DNA of 64,000 nucleotides from the human T2T-CHM13v2.0 reference genome, Homo sapiens. A program made the translations under genes and the position numbers. Positions 44,419 to 61,686 of this stretch are shown one piece after another. The notes under the pieces were generated by a model. The model was not told the origin of the DNA. It searched no databases and saw only the letters and a list, made by a program, of their open reading frames with translations. The number at the start of each line of letters is the position of its first letter. The stretch's first letter is position 1. Location: the NCBI RefSeq assembly GCF_009914755.1, contig NC_060928.1; one strand, 5' to 3'.

Positions 44419-47400
44419 TCTGAGACTTCTTAGAGATTACTTAAGTGGTTGAAATCAGAATATTGGTGGAACTATGTAAAGGCAATTATAACAAGGTATC
44501 AGATGGAAATGAGGAACAAGGTATTGGAAACTGGAGTAAAGGCCATCCTTGTTATAAAGCAGCACAGAACTTGGTTAAATCGTGTTCATGCTCTAGGGCT
44601 TTATCAAAGGTGGAATTTAAGAGTAATGAACTAAGATATCTGGCAGAAGAAATATCTAAACAGCAACATATTCAAGGCGGTACGTGGTTTCTTTTGGCTA
44701 TTCATAGGAAAATGAGAGAAATGAGAAGTTATTTAAAGACAGAATTTATAATGAAAATGAAAGAAGAAAGGAAAGATTTGGAAAATATGCAGCCTGGCCT
44801 TGTAAAGAGTGAAGACATGTTTAAAAGAGAAAACCAAAGGTGTAGTCAAGTAACTGTTTACTACAGAGGTTATTACAGATAGAAGGGAGCCAGATGCTAT
44901 TCATCAAGACAATGGGACAATGACTTTAAAGGCATTTTAGAGCTCTTGGATGCAGGCTAGAATCTTGAAAGCAAGGGTTCCAGAGAGGTGCCAATAGGCC
45001 CTCAGCATTCACTGGCCTGTGCCACCTCAAATCTCTGCTCCCCATATTTTAGCACAATGCTTCTTGGCCACCGCAGCCTTGGTCAAGTGGGCCCAGCTGT
45101 GGCTCCTGCTCCTGCTCTGGAGGCCACAAGCCATAAACTTTGGCAGCATTCACATGATGCTGACTCTGCAAATGAGCAGAGTGCATGAGCTGTGAGGCCA
45201 TGGCAACCTCCACCTAGATTTCACAGGATGTATTAGACAGTCTGGGGGTTCAGGAAAGGAAATTTGTCACAGGGACAGAGCCATGACACAGAGCCCCCAC
45301 TAAAGCAATGCCCAGCAGAACTGTGGGTTTCGGGCTGCTGCAGAGACCCCAGAACTGTAGAGCCACCACCATGCAACTCCAGCCTGAGGGAGCTACAGGC
45401 ATGCAACTCTAGCCTATGAGAACTGCAGCATGACCTGTGCTCAGCAGAGCCATAGGAGCCAGGCTGCCTGAGGTCTTGGGAGTCTAATCCCCACTCCAGT
45501 GTTCCCAGGATGCAAGTCACAGAGTCATTATTCTGGCATCTTAAGATTTAATGTTATTTTTCCCTCTTGGGTTTTGGACTCACCTGGGACCAGTTACCCC
45601 ATTCTTCTTGCCGATTTTTTCCTTTTGAAATGAAAATGTCTACTATCCTATCTATCCTATGTCTGTCCTACCATTGTATTTTGGAAGTAGATAACTTGTT
45701 TAATTTTGCAGGCCCACAGCTAAAGGGAAATTTGCCTTAGGATGAAGCATGTCTTGAGGCTAACCTGTATCTGATTTAGATGAAAGTCTGGACTTTGGAC
45801 TTTTGAGCTGATACTGGAGCAATTTAAAACTTTTGGGGCTATTGGGATGGAATTAATGTAATTTGTATGTGAGAAGAACATGAATTTTGAGGGTAAAGGG
45901 GGGAATGCTATGGTTTAAATATCTCCCTCCAAAAGCATGTATTAAAATCTTAATCCCCAATGCAGTCATGTTGGGAGGCAGTGCCCAATGGTAGGTGTTT
46001 AGGTCATGAGAGTACCACCTTCATGAATGGATTAGTGCTGATTATAAAAGGACTTGAGGCTATGAATTTACTCTTGTACTCTCTCTTATTCTCTCTTTGC
46101 CCTTCTGTCATGCTATGACAGAGCAAAAAGGCCCTCACCAGATGCAGCCCCTCAATCTTGGACTTCCCAGGCTCTAGAACCATGAGCCAAATGAATTTCT
46201 GTTAATTATAAACCACCCAGTCTCAGGTATTCAGTTATAGAAGTAGAAAATGGGCTAAGAAAGCCTTCTTCTTCTTTCTGCTTAGTATTCTATATTCCAT
46301 ACTGTTAGCAAGTTCACAGCTAAATAAGAATCCATATGTGTGCCTAGCAGGAGGGGTGATGGATGGCAATTTTTCAGTTTCTTTCTATACTGATGACTGA
46401 AACTTATGGATCTTAGCACTTCCCAGTTGCTGGTGATTAATGGGTTTGTTTACATCTTCTCCCTTTGGTCTAGAGGGAGATACTGAGTGGGGTTCCTGCC
46501 AGCACTCTGGAAGGTTTGGTTCTGTCCCAAAGCCAAGAACTCTGCAGCCCAAGCTGTGTTTATGCCATGGAAGCCCTTGGGCTTTTTTGGATTTTAATCA
46601 CTTTCTGAACAGATGCATTTCTGTTAGGATGAACAAGGTATTGAAATTTGCACTGTGCTCATTAAAATCAAAACTCTGGTTATTAAACAGTGTTCATTTT
46701 TGCTTCCAACAAATAAGTAAAATAAAATAAAATGTGATTTCTTTCAATCTGATTCCTCATGCCACAGTTACACTTTTAACAAAAATTACAAGGACTTCTA
46801 AATTATAATCTCAGATTATTGATATCCCCTTTTTGGTTGAACAATGATATGAGTAAAGTGGAAACAAATATGAAAAACCTCTGTGAACAGCAAGACATAT
46901 AAGGTAGCAGGCTGTTTCCTGTCTTTGAGAAAGTAAAATGTGTGTGTTTATGCGTGAATAATTATGCTCTATGTGCACAAGCAACATGTTTACTTTTCAT
47001 TATCTGACAAGGTCCAGAGTGTGTTACTTAATTATGAAACTGGCTTTCACACAAAAATAGGAGTTACTTTTAATTTCATAGCACTGCCCTGTTAAGAAGG
47101 AGGGTGGAAAATTAAGCCAAATTAATGAATAAACTTCTGCAACTTCTTGCCATCAGAAAACATTGTATGCACAGTCTGATAATTGGCTTGTATAGCTTTG
47201 TATGCCTAGAACCCTCTCTTTCCTCTTTATTTCTTTGGTAGTGTTTATTGCCTTCTCTGGAAAGCCCATGAAAACCAGATCTGATATTTTTATTGTGTTG
47301 AAATAATTCTGGTAAAAGTTGGTTCTCAATAAACACAACAGGTGTCAAGAAAAGCAGCTAAGTCTGGTTTAGAGGCCTAGCAGATGAGAAAACACTGAAC

Positions 47401-48039
47401 CAGGAATGGAGAGAAAGGACCTTTGATTCTCTGATACAGACACTATTGTGGTTGTGGGTTTGTGACAGTTGCCAAGAGCTTCTAGCCACGAGCTTTTATC
47501 AAATTGTGACACAAAGTTAGAATTTAAAAATGACAGAGAATTAAGTGCAACAGAGACATCCCTTAAGAGGATGAGAGGAAAGAGGGTAAGGATATATCTA
47601 GTTGACCCCAAGTTTTGGTTAGAAAAATATGATGCTTTGATGAATAAATCTCTGATGACTAAAGCTTCTTTATAAAAAAAAATGCCTGTGCTATAATAAG
47701 TAACAAATAGAAATTTCATAAACTGCGTAAAGTAATGTTACTATGTCTCCTACCCTAGTAACCGCTGATTTTTCAGATCATACCAGTTGGGAGCTAAATA
47801 CTGAATCACATCGGCAATAACAAATTATTTAATTAGGTCTACACTTTCTTGCAGAATCTCCTCTCACCCTCATATTTCTAGACATATTCAAGGCACGTCC
47901 AAGCTCACTAACAGCTATAACAGGTCAACAGCAATTTTTTCCTCTTTTGCTCTCATTCTTCCTGTGGTGCCTGCTACTGAGGGCTTCAATTCTCAATAAG
48001 TCTTATAAGAACTCTTTCATTGCAGCCACAGTGGTCATT

Positions 48040-48520
48040 AATATGTTGGGAGTTTTTTGGCAGCAAGTGACAGAACCCAGTTAACCTTGGTTAGCTGATG
48101 AAATCCCATGGCAGGATTGCAGTGGTCTTAGGAGCAAAAGAGTCCGTGAATTCAACCAGAACAGGAGTCTCCTCCTCCCTTTTCACCTTGTTGCATCTGC
48201 TTTATTCTCACCTCTTTCTTCAGGTTGGCTCTTTCCAAGACACATGCTGATAGTTTCTGATCTTTGTATTTTGTGAACTAGGCATCCACAAGGCACTGCC
48301 AACTCTGTCAATTCTAGAATTTCCAGGCAAGGCTCTCATTGGCTCAGTGTTGGTCAGGTGCTCTCCACTTGTACAATCAAGCACGAACATAAAAGGGTAA
48401 CACCATGACTGGCCCAGCTGGACATAAAAGGGTAACAACACCATGACTGGCCCAGCTGGAGCCATGTGCCCACTCCTGGACCAATCCATAGTGGTCAGGG
48501 AGCAAGCTGACATTGTAACA
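48040..48520 (-). mobile_element. Old MLT1-type LTR with internal 35-38 bp tandem duplication (48387-48459)
   Basis: 'gcaagtgacagaaccc', 'gccatgtgcccactcctggaccaatc'; 'acataaaagggtaac(aac)accatgactggcccagctgg' twice. Confidence 0.7.
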
Positions 48521-48596
48521 TGGCCACTAAGCAATATGTGGTCAGCAGTCACACCAGTCTTCCTGACCACTAAATACTGAGCACATAGCATTGACC

Positions 48597-48861
48597 ATCA
48601 CCCAGGCAGAAGTACAGCAGTGCAATCTCAGCTCACTGCAACTTCTGCCTCCTGGGTTCAAGCAATTCTCCTGCCTCAGCCTCCTGAGTAGGTGGGATTA
48701 CAGGCTCCCGCTACCACACCTGGCTAATTTTTGTATTTTTAGTAGAGACGGGGTTTCTCCATGTTGGCCACGCTGGTCTCGAACTCCTGATCTCAAATGA
48801 TCTGTCTGCCTCGGCCTCTCAAAGTGCTGGGATTATAGGCAGGAGCCACCACACCCAGTCC
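48597..48861 (-). mobile_element. Alu (AluS-like) lacking its 3' end and poly-A tail
   Basis: Begins at 'tcacccagg' with no poly-T. Confidence 0.92.
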
Positions 48862-51800
48862 CTAGTGGGTATTTTTTAAACTGCAGGATGAATGGGTTAT
48901 GAGTGTGCATGTTTGTGCATAGGGTGTGTGTGTGCATCGTAGACTGGTGGTCAGTAGGAAAACCAAGGGTTTCCTATGTGCTCATGTTACTGTCACTTCC
49001 CGTTGATGCCTACAGTGATGACACTGAACCAAACTGCAAGTATTCCACAGTGCCAACATCATGCTGATTTCTGACACTGCAAGATCTTGTGGTAGTTTCT
49101 TCTATATTCTGTGCCTCAATGAAGTAAAAAATATTTCTTATTCATGGCTACTGTTGCCATGGTCTCTGTTCACAGCTGCTGAGGTCAGGCTTTGCTGGAG
49201 CTGTTCTTCCATGTTAAGTCACAGGCATGTGGAGAGTAACAGTATATGACAGATGCGTGTGCATCTCTTTCACAGAGATCATGTAGGATCATCTGTTTAA
49301 ATGAGAACTCTCTCTTGTTCTTGAGGTGCAGGCCCCACAGAGGTGCTGTCCTGTCATTCTAAAGTTTTTGAAAATTTTATGTATTCTTTCAGTATCACCT
49401 GCATGCCTTACTCCCTGAGACTCATGGGCTCATTGCTGGAGGGCAGTCTTAGACCTCAGCGTCATGCTCTGCTGGCTAATAATTCCTTTTTCCTCTGAAG
49501 TTGGGGCATCCAGACTGAGTCAAATTCGTGTTCCTGAGTAACTCTTTGCTTAGGATCAGTTATTTTCCACATGTGGCCTGTGTTCTTCATGCATCTCCTG
49601 CTATGGTGGGTCTGTTCTACCTCTAGACAACCTTGACATGTCCAAATCTCAAGGCATACATAATTTAGGCTGGAACCACGACTCCTGTGGATGTCTGGCT
49701 GAACAGGATGCAATGGCATAACACACAATTTCCATTTATCTATTTCAAACCCCCACCCAGGATAGTAAACAGGACCAAGCCTAGGTATGTTGGTGAAAGC
49801 TGGGAAAGTGTCTTTATTGGCTTCAACTTTCCCATCTTGTGACCATTATCCCCCTCTGGATGATGATCTTCTTCTGCCTTAAGGCATAAATGCACTTAGG
49901 TATTTGCATTTTTAACCTTTTAAACTTCTGATCCCATAGTGTAACATGATTGCTTGCTGATACAATTGAGGGAGGGGGATTCATTTAATTGGTTCCAGAC
50001 AGTGGAAGGGGAGATAGTCTTCAGTTCCTGGTTGAAGTGGAGGGAAGGTAGGATTGAAGTCAGCCCCAAGGGCAACCAGAGTTCAAGCCTTTAAAAGGGG
50101 GCTAGATTTAAAGATGAATGATGAACCCTATTCCCTTTCCTCTCTCAAGATTCCTTTTTTCCCTGGAGAGAAAATGAGGGAGTCCCCTGAATCCCCCTGA
50201 GGTTGTTTTCTTGGAGCTTCAAGAGTGAAGTAAGTGTTCATCGTCATGTGCTCCTTGAGGACCTGGAGCTAAGCCTGGAGTTACTTGGGTCCCCTCCACC
50301 ACCAGTGACTGTCCTTCCAACTTCCCCTGTCCTTACATCTCTAGTTTAAACTCAGGTCAATCTTCTCTCTTAATCTCTGTCACTCTTTACCTCCTTGTTC
50401 CAAAGTGCATATTTTTTTTCAGATTTATTATATTTATTTATTTTACATTTGAAAATAGTACCAATAAAATGACTCAAAATTGGAAAACAGAGAAAAAAGT
50501 GGAAAAAATATATAAATATGCACCATTCTAATGTAAAAAAAGAAGTCCAACATTTTATCTAGATAGTAATTCCTTTCTGTTTTTTTTGTAAGCATAATTT
50601 CTAAAAAGTTATAAACATAAAATAGTTTTAATCGCTTGGAAGTACACTTTTTTTTTCTTACTTTGTAACTTATGCCTTTATATGCCTTTTGTGGATTCTC
50701 ACATGGTCGTTATAACCAGTTGGTATGTATTTAACATAAATTAAGTTAGTATTTAATTGTGTTTTCACCCCATGATCTAGAATGCTTTCTTATTTGATTT
50801 TAACTTCTGGTAGTAAAGCTTCTAACAATGAAATCTGTTTGTAGAAAATTCCTCTTTAATAATAGATGTAGAGCTGCAGTTGGTTTGGAGCTGAGAGCTC
50901 CCAAAATAACTGAATTAGGTCATAAGACTGAACAATTTTGCTGTTGGAGATAGCCCAAAACATCCATCCATCAAAAAGTTCAGTTAGATAGTTATATAAC
51001 CCAATGAAAGGGAAATGAGAGAAAATATCTTGTATTTAAGATATACATAAATGGTTTATAAACCCAGTGAAAAAAATTTGGTGCGTCTCATACTAGGTCA
51101 GGGGCATTTTGAGGCTTCTTCTCATCTACCATTCTATTTCTTTACATCTTCCCCAAAAAACTAAAAAAAAATTAGATAATTTCCGTTTCACTGATGATCT
51201 AGGTAGAAAAGAAAGTGTCTTACTCGTGATTTCAGCGTGCATAAAGAATTTAAGCTACTTTTCAGGTATTTCAAGTTATCTTTCAATTCTGATTTCCCAA
51301 AGAAAACTCCAGAACAATTTCCAACTGCCTCAATTTTCTATTTCAGGTGAATGTGGATTATTTTGGCCTGTATTGTTTTGAAATTGCACTTTGAGTATGT
51401 ATATCCATTTACCTAAGGGAGAAAAGTATACTGTACATATTATTGCAAAAGTTTGAAAGGACTAATTTAGAAATGTATTCTGACCTAAAGTACAGGGCTT
51501 GTATTTCCTAGTTGTCCCTCTTGAAAAAAAAAATGCCAGAAAACACTCCTGAATAATCACTGCAGCTTAATTCCAGAGCTCTGCTTGCCACAGCTTTCGG
51601 TATGACATTCATTAGCTCTGCAGCACATAGTCCATCCTCTGAACCAGGGAAGGGGTTAAGAGTGAGGTGCTGGAATATATTGAGTCCCGTGGGATCAATC
51701 ATCTCAGGGCTGCCAGTGTCCTCAGAGAGCAAGGGAAAGGCCTTGGAGAAAAGGTGCTCTTTGCTTCTTTTCTTTTTCAGTGTGGACAAACCCCCCAGTT

Positions 51801-52293
51801 TATTAGATTCCAAGTTTTATTATATTTTATTTGTACCCATAAATAATTTTAGAGTACAAATAAAGAGAATTTATGTGAAGTAAATAATTTGTGAGGCCAA
51901 CCATTTGGCTTATGTGTTTGAATTCTGTCTTCTTCATTCTACCCTCCAATTTATTTTTTTTCTAATTTTGCCTAGTAGAGGAGGTTGAATTGATGTTTTG
52001 TGTTTTGAAGGGTGTTTTTAGTCCTAACAGCTATAATTGTGCCTTTAGAGCCAGATCGTGGCAAAATAATTGAAAATCCTTGCAGCATGTGAGGAACACC
52101 ATATGAAACCGTGAAGAGTGGGTTCAGATTTCAAAATGTGGCCACTGATGTATCTGGAATGAATATTTTGTTCTGTTATGTTTAAATATTTGAATATTTG
52201 GTGATATCTAGGTCAACAGCTCTCAAACTTTTTGTCTCAGAGTGACTTTACACTTTTAAAAGTCATCGATGTTCCCCAAGGAGTTTTTGCTTA

Positions 52294-52991
52294 CTGTAGT
52301 ACTCCCTTATTCATGGAGGTTGCATTCCAAGACCCCCAGTGGATGCCTGAAACCTTGGATAGTACTAAACCCTATATATACTATGTCTTTTCTTATATAT
52401 ACATGCCTATGATAAAGTTTAATTTATAAATTAGGTGCACTGATAATTAATAACAGTAACTAATAATAAAATAGAACAATTATAAAATTATACTGATATG
52501 GTCTTGCTGTGTCCCAACCCAAATCTCATCTTGAGTTATAGCTCTGATAATTCCCACATGTTGTGGGAGGGACCCAGCGGGAGATAATTGAATCATGGGG
52601 GCGGGTCTTTCTCGTGCTATTCTTGTGAGAGTGAATAAGTCTCACAAGATCTGATGGTTTTATAAAGGAAAGTTTCCCTGCACAAACTCTCTTCTCTTGC
52701 CTGCCGCCATGTGAGACATGCCTTGCACCTTCCACCATGATTGAGAGGCCTCTCTAGCCACATGAAGCTGTGACTCTATTAAACTCCTTTCTTTTGTAAA
52801 TTGCCCAGTCTCAAGTATGTCTTTATTAGCAGTGTGAAAATGAACTAATACATATATACTGAAATAAAAGTTATGTAAATATGATCTCTCTCTCAAAATA
52901 TCTTATTGTATATAATATTTTTGAACTATGGTTGACCTCAGTGTTACTGAAACTGCAGAAAGTGAAACCATGAATGAAAGGGAATCTACTG
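52294..52991 (-). mobile_element. MER44A-like Tigger MITE split by THE1
   Basis: 'gtagtactccccttat...ccaagacccccagtggatgcctgaaacc' and 'gaaagtgaaacc...ctactg'. Confidence 0.88.
52494..52852 (+). mobile_element. THE1 (THE1B-like) solo LTR
   Basis: 'tgatatggtcttgctgtgtccc' to 'ctaataca'; TSD TATAC/TATAT. Confidence 0.9.
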
Positions 52992-53579
52992 AGATTTATC
53001 ATTTTAGAAATTAAAACAGAAATTGGGAAAAAAGAAATTATTTACAATTCTAAAATAATAATAGAGTTGGATGTTAATATAAATATTTATATTAAAAATA
53101 TTCATCTTTTCTAAAATAAAAACAGCAATTTAGTGAGAAGAGCAACATTGTTTTACATTTTTGAAATCTCTTTAATATTGAACTGTTCAAAACAGCTGGA
53201 TTATCATATTTGCTTCTGAATTCAATCTGATGCAATATTTTATTTTTATTAAAGTATATACAGATAGGTAGTTAGAAAGGATATTTTAATAGCCTTAAAA
53301 AGGAAACTATGGAAAACCTTCTTTGATATTATACTATAACTAGGCATGTGGTAGTTTTTTAAATGTTAGTTGCAATGTAGATTCTGAAGCCATATCAATT
53401 AATTTTTTGTGCACTGTTACCTTAAAGCTATGTTAAAATCCTTTTGTCTATCTTGCAATGTGAATGATTCTTTTAATCATGCTTGGTTGGTAATACTGCA
53501 TAGATTACTTGGAAAATATTGGTTCACATGCACATTTTCCCAGTGTTGACACATTTATTATAAGATATTAAAACATCAC

Positions 53580-56708
<3,129 letters not shown>

Positions 56709-58000
56709 GACACCACATTTATTAATATCACCACAGATCCCATAGAAAAGCCTATCATTAGGGAGAAACTGCCAACCTCAGTGTTGGATATGAGTTTTTC
56801 AAAATTCTAAATGTTGTTGAATATGCAGATTTAGTCATTGGCAACAGATTCAATTGGTTGTTTTCCTTAAGGTAACAGGCCTACTTTGTTCATTTTTGAG
56901 AAAATATCTGCCAAATACCCAAGTCTGAATAATCATAATCAGAACTCTCAGTTGATCTTACAAGTAAGAATGATGTTCCATGAAAAGAGGCTATTTCAGC
57001 TCAACTCAAAAGGCCCAAGGCTTTTCCTGGAGTAACATTTTATTTTGGTATGTGACAGAAGTACTTTACATATACTTCCCATGTCTACCCACAGAATAAT
57101 ATTAATAATACAGATACTTGAGGTTTGAAATTTAATATTTTTACTGTTTTATGAAGAACTTCAAGTGAAACTTCCACTCACTGTCATTATTTTTATTGCA
57201 AACACTGTAAGAACATTGGGTGCCACTGCCTTCCTGCTTAAGCGCTGCAATTTTTCCCATGATTGCTTAAGCACCATTGGTGCAAATGTCAACACTGCAA
57301 AAGAGTCATGAACATCATTATATTCTTATGAAAAAGACTCTGACTTCTTATACCTGAAAGTGTCTGAGGGATTTCCAGGGGTCCATGTACTATGCTTTTG
57401 GAAGCACTGATCTAGATCCTCATCTGACTTTTTAGTTGTCAGGGAGAGGTCAAACATTTTTCACTAGAAGTAAAGTGAAGGAAGTAAAACACATTTTGGG
57501 ACATAAAATTTTAATGGCTTGACAGATTGCAAGTTTTAATACAATTTTGCTACTGAAAGGGAACAGCGGTATATTTTCCTCTATACAAAAACAATTTCCA
57601 GAGACAAAAAACACACAGTTCTCAAATTAATACCATACTAGAAAATGAGCCTTCAAAACAAGTAAAAATTTCCAGTACTTATTCATTCACAAAATATTTT
57701 AAAATGTATAATATTAGCCAGGTACATAGAAATGAGAAATAAGGTGAAATGTAGAAGTGATAAATGTATAGTAATATGCTTTTATTAAAATGATTTTTAT
57801 AATTAATTTAAAATCTATTCTTTGTGCTTATACTCCACAGAGTTAATTTCATTTGTTTATTTAAACCAATATCTACTTTCCCTCTCAGGTAGAACTTTGG
57901 TATCAAAACAATTCTGTAGCAATAGCCAATGTGGCAGCAAAGTTAAATGGAAATGTTTTGTGACCACAGTCCTTGCTATGTAAAGTTCTTCTTTTTAAAG

Positions 58001-58095
58001 TTTTTCTTTTTCTTTCTTTCCTTCCTTTCTTCCTTCCTCCCTCCCTCCCTTCTTCTCTTCCTTCCTTCCATTCTTTCTTTCTTTCCTGTCTTTCA
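58001..58095. repeat. CT-rich (TTTC/CTTC/CCCT) low-complexity tract
   Basis: Direct reading. Confidence 0.9.
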
Positions 58096-58124
58096 TTCAT
58101 TGCAAAACGTTTATTTTGGGGCAC

Positions 58125-58398
58125 TGAGCTGTGGCTCATGCCTGTAATCCCAGCACTTTGATAGTCTGAGGCAGGAGGAATGACTGAGGCCAGGAGTTTG
58201 TAACCAGCCTGGGCAATATAGTGAGACCCTCATCTCTATGGTAAAAAAAAAAATGAAGAATTAGCTGGGCATGGTGGCGTGTGACTGTAGTCCTAGCTCT
58301 CAGGAGGCTGAGGCAGGAGAATCACTTGAGCCCAGGAATTTGAGGTTAAAGTGATCTATGATCATATCCCTGCACTCTGGCCTAGGCAACAGAGTGAT
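58125..58398 (+). mobile_element. AluJ-like, no A-tail retained
   Basis: 'cttgagcccaggaatttgagg' J-type motif. Confidence 0.9.
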
Positions 58399-58649
58399 AT
58401 TATTAGGTAGGTAGGTAGGAGTGATGGATTAGAAGTAGGACTAAAAGGAAGGTAGGAATGATTCATCTGAGAATGAATCTGAAGTAATAATCACACATCA
58501 CTCCTACCTTCCTTTTTATTTTTATTTTTCAGCTTGAGAAACTCTGTGAACTTCTGTGTACATATTGTACAGTTACTGTGAGATCTCTTTCATACAGCAG
58601 TACTAATACCAACATGATAGACAGGCGGCTCTGCTCTCATACTCTAAGG

Positions 58650-58856
58650 AGGATGTGTGGCTGTTAAGAGCTCAGACTCTGAAGTAAAATGGCCTTCTAT
58701 TCCAATCTCATATGTACTTTGGTGAAATTATGAAAAACCTCAAAAACCTTGGTCTCTTCATCCATAAAAATGGCCTAATATTAGTTTAATTGAGATAATG
58801 CATGTATAGTACTTAGCACAATGACTGGCACATACGTATGTATTTGTTATTATTAC
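58650..58856 (+). mobile_element. MIR
   Basis: 'ggctgttaagagctcagactctg...gagataatgcatgtatagtacttagcaca'. Confidence 0.8.
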
Positions 58857-60559
58857 TTCTGAGTTTCAGTGTCTTCAGCATTTGTATTCGATAAGATACA
58901 AGGGCTCCAACAATAAAGGAAAATTCCTTTCTTAATGATTTACTTTTGTGCTAATAAAATTTCTGGAGACTACCAGCTGCTGTTCAAAGGGAAAATCTAC
59001 TGGTATGAGAACGGTCACCAATTTACATACACCATACATAGCTGTAAAAAGAAAATATAGTTTAGGCTGAAGTTTCATTTGTGCCTAATCTACTGAGTAG
59101 GTGGGTAAAACAATTTATTCTAATCCAATAACTTTAGTCCAACACAGTGGTTTGAGTGTTTAGGCACTTAGTGTTTTTTTGGTCTAAATCCCAGTATTTT
59201 GGTTTTCCTCTTCTCAACCTGCTTCTCTCCAACATGGAATCTGGGTTTTTTGAGAGGAAGATCCTGTGGTAAAGAGGAAGGGACACTCCTTCAGATTTAT
59301 TTTCAAGGCTGTGGATGATTCCTTGGTCCTTATGGAAATGCCTCTTGTTTTACTATGACTATTGCTTGCCTCTTATCCTTAGAAGGTGAGGTTGTTGTCT
59401 CTTCTTTACAAATGTAGGATCAAGGCCAAGCAGTTCTCTTTGGTTACTGGCTCTAAGATGTCTATGACATCCAATCAGTTCCTGGAACACTTTGCCCTCA
59501 CCATATTGATATCACACTCACTTTCTAGAGACCCAAGTCCTATGATGAACTGACTTCTGTGTGCCATCTTGGGGTCAAGTGGGAAAGTCTGTATTAGGAG
59601 AACTCAACTAAGACCCTTCTCATATCTAATCACACTTTGTGCTCAACTTTTACGCTATTGCTACCACACCTCTCCTATGTGGATTAGGCATCCCCCTAAA
59701 TCTTCCCCTATGGAGAGGCAGGACAGCAGAATGCATATGTCTCATTTTTTTCACTTTTCTTCACCCAGGCTGGAAGGGCAGGATTTGTACCTCCTTTCTG
59801 TCATATTGTGGGTTTTGTGATCTGCAGTACCAGCCTTACCTGTCCACAGGCTTAAAGTGGGGTTTTGTGATTTAAATATCTCTCTCTCCTGACAGCCTAT
59901 CTTCCAAGTGCACTGTCTCCGTAAAGAGGTCAGCTCTGAGAATCAGAGCTAATCAATAGCACCTTTATTCTTGTCTCTTTCTTTCTCTAGAGCAATAAAC
60001 CTCAAGACTTCAGTTGGTGAGGAAAAGCTCCAAGGACTTAAAAGGGGTAGAAATTAAGAACATTGTTTTAATATTTGCAAAATAATGTCTGCCATATTAA
60101 TTTACCAATGTTTGTGTAACTACAAAAGCCATACTTTTTTCCCAATGTACAGTGTTTGGCACTGGGTAAGTCTATGGTCTTTCTGGGTAAAAGAAAAGAA
60201 AATCAGAAATTGGAGGCTATAAAGAGCTTCAAACCAGTTGCGACTTGGTCACAAGCACTGAGAAAGGAGGAAGGAAGAAAGACATATTTAAGATGTTTAA
60301 GATGCTCTGAAAGTGCTCATGCCAAGTATTACTGCTGTGGAGAATGGAAGTATTCACCACATTTTATGCTGTTGTCTTCAAGACTTAGGTATTCCCATTC
60401 TGAAAGGTGGTAAGAAAAATGACTGGAATCCAACACATATAGGTCTCATCCAATAACATACGCAGAATATTTATGGTAAAATCCAAAATGTTATTGCTAG
60501 GTAGAATGTATTTAACATGTCAACATTTATTTTAAGACCACCTAAAATGAATTAAGTCA

Positions 60560-61190
60560 CAGTCTGTCTGGATTTGAGCCTGGGGGCACACTCACATGGC
60601 ACGTGAGTTTGGAATATTCGCTTACCTTTGCTAAACCTCAGTTTTCTCATCTATAAAATAAAGGTTATAATAATCAACAAATATTGAGTGTTTTTATATG
60701 CCACACACTGTTTTAGCCACTTATATTAACTTGTTTAATTGATAAATAGCCTCAAGATGTTTTATTTTCATCTGTTTGCAGATGAAAAAAACCATGCCGC
60801 TGAGAGATTAAGTTACTTTTCATGATCACATAAGTAGAGGTGAAGGTAGGATTAGAATACAGGCAGTCTGTTGCTATATCTGAATGATAACAGCAAATAC
60901 TTTCTATACTCTATGCCAGGCACTTATCTAAGAAGTCTATGAGATAGGAACTTTCTTTATCCCATTTTACGGATTAGAAAACTGAGCACGGAGAGGTTAA
61001 ATATCTTGCCCAAACTGACACAGTTAGTAGGTGCTATGGCAGATCCATCCAGTACGGCTCCAGAGTTTGTGTTCATAGCCTCCATGCTATACTGTCTCAA
61101 AGGGTTTTTACGAGCAATAGCTGATAAAATACATGTGAAGTTCTTAGTATAGCACCTGGCACAGAGGAGATGCTTAATAAAAATGAATGA
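60560..61190. mobile_element. Cluster of nested MIR fragments in both orientations
   Basis: 'cctcagttttctcatctataaaat' (+) and 'cccattttacggattagaaaactgag' (-). Confidence 0.75.
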
Positions 61191-61686
61191 ATTATTAATG
61201 AGGAAACCCTACAAATGGGCAAATGAGAGATTCTGTAAGTCTAGGATAGCACTGAGCATTCTGTACTGCTAAACATTGTTATATGTGTTATTATGACCCC
61301 ATCGTTTTGCCTTACATAATTTCATTCATTCATTCGTTCTTTCAGCCAGTCAGTCTTGCCTTGCATGGCATTTTTAATGTACCAACACCACGCCAAGTGC
61401 TCCAGTATGTGATGTAGAGATATCTCTTTGACAAAAGGCTCATAGATTTGTTGTACTTAAATTAAAGAAGCACTAAACAACTTTAAAATATTCTATATTA
61501 GCAATTTTTTTCTAATTAGCTTATTTCAGTGTCTTGAAAGGGACTAATTCTGCAATTTGGTGATGCCTAGTAATATCACGCCATTTAGCTTCTTTGGGCT
61601 AAATTTCAGGCACATATCTTGTAACTTTCTCACACATATGACTCTGAGGTGCTTTATCTTTTAATCAGGAAGCTGTGCACTAAAGC

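Noticed and set aside
50150-50235. Pyrimidine tract with AG followed by a GAA/gtaagt donor
   Set aside because: Cannot be distinguished from a pseudo-exon without transcript data.
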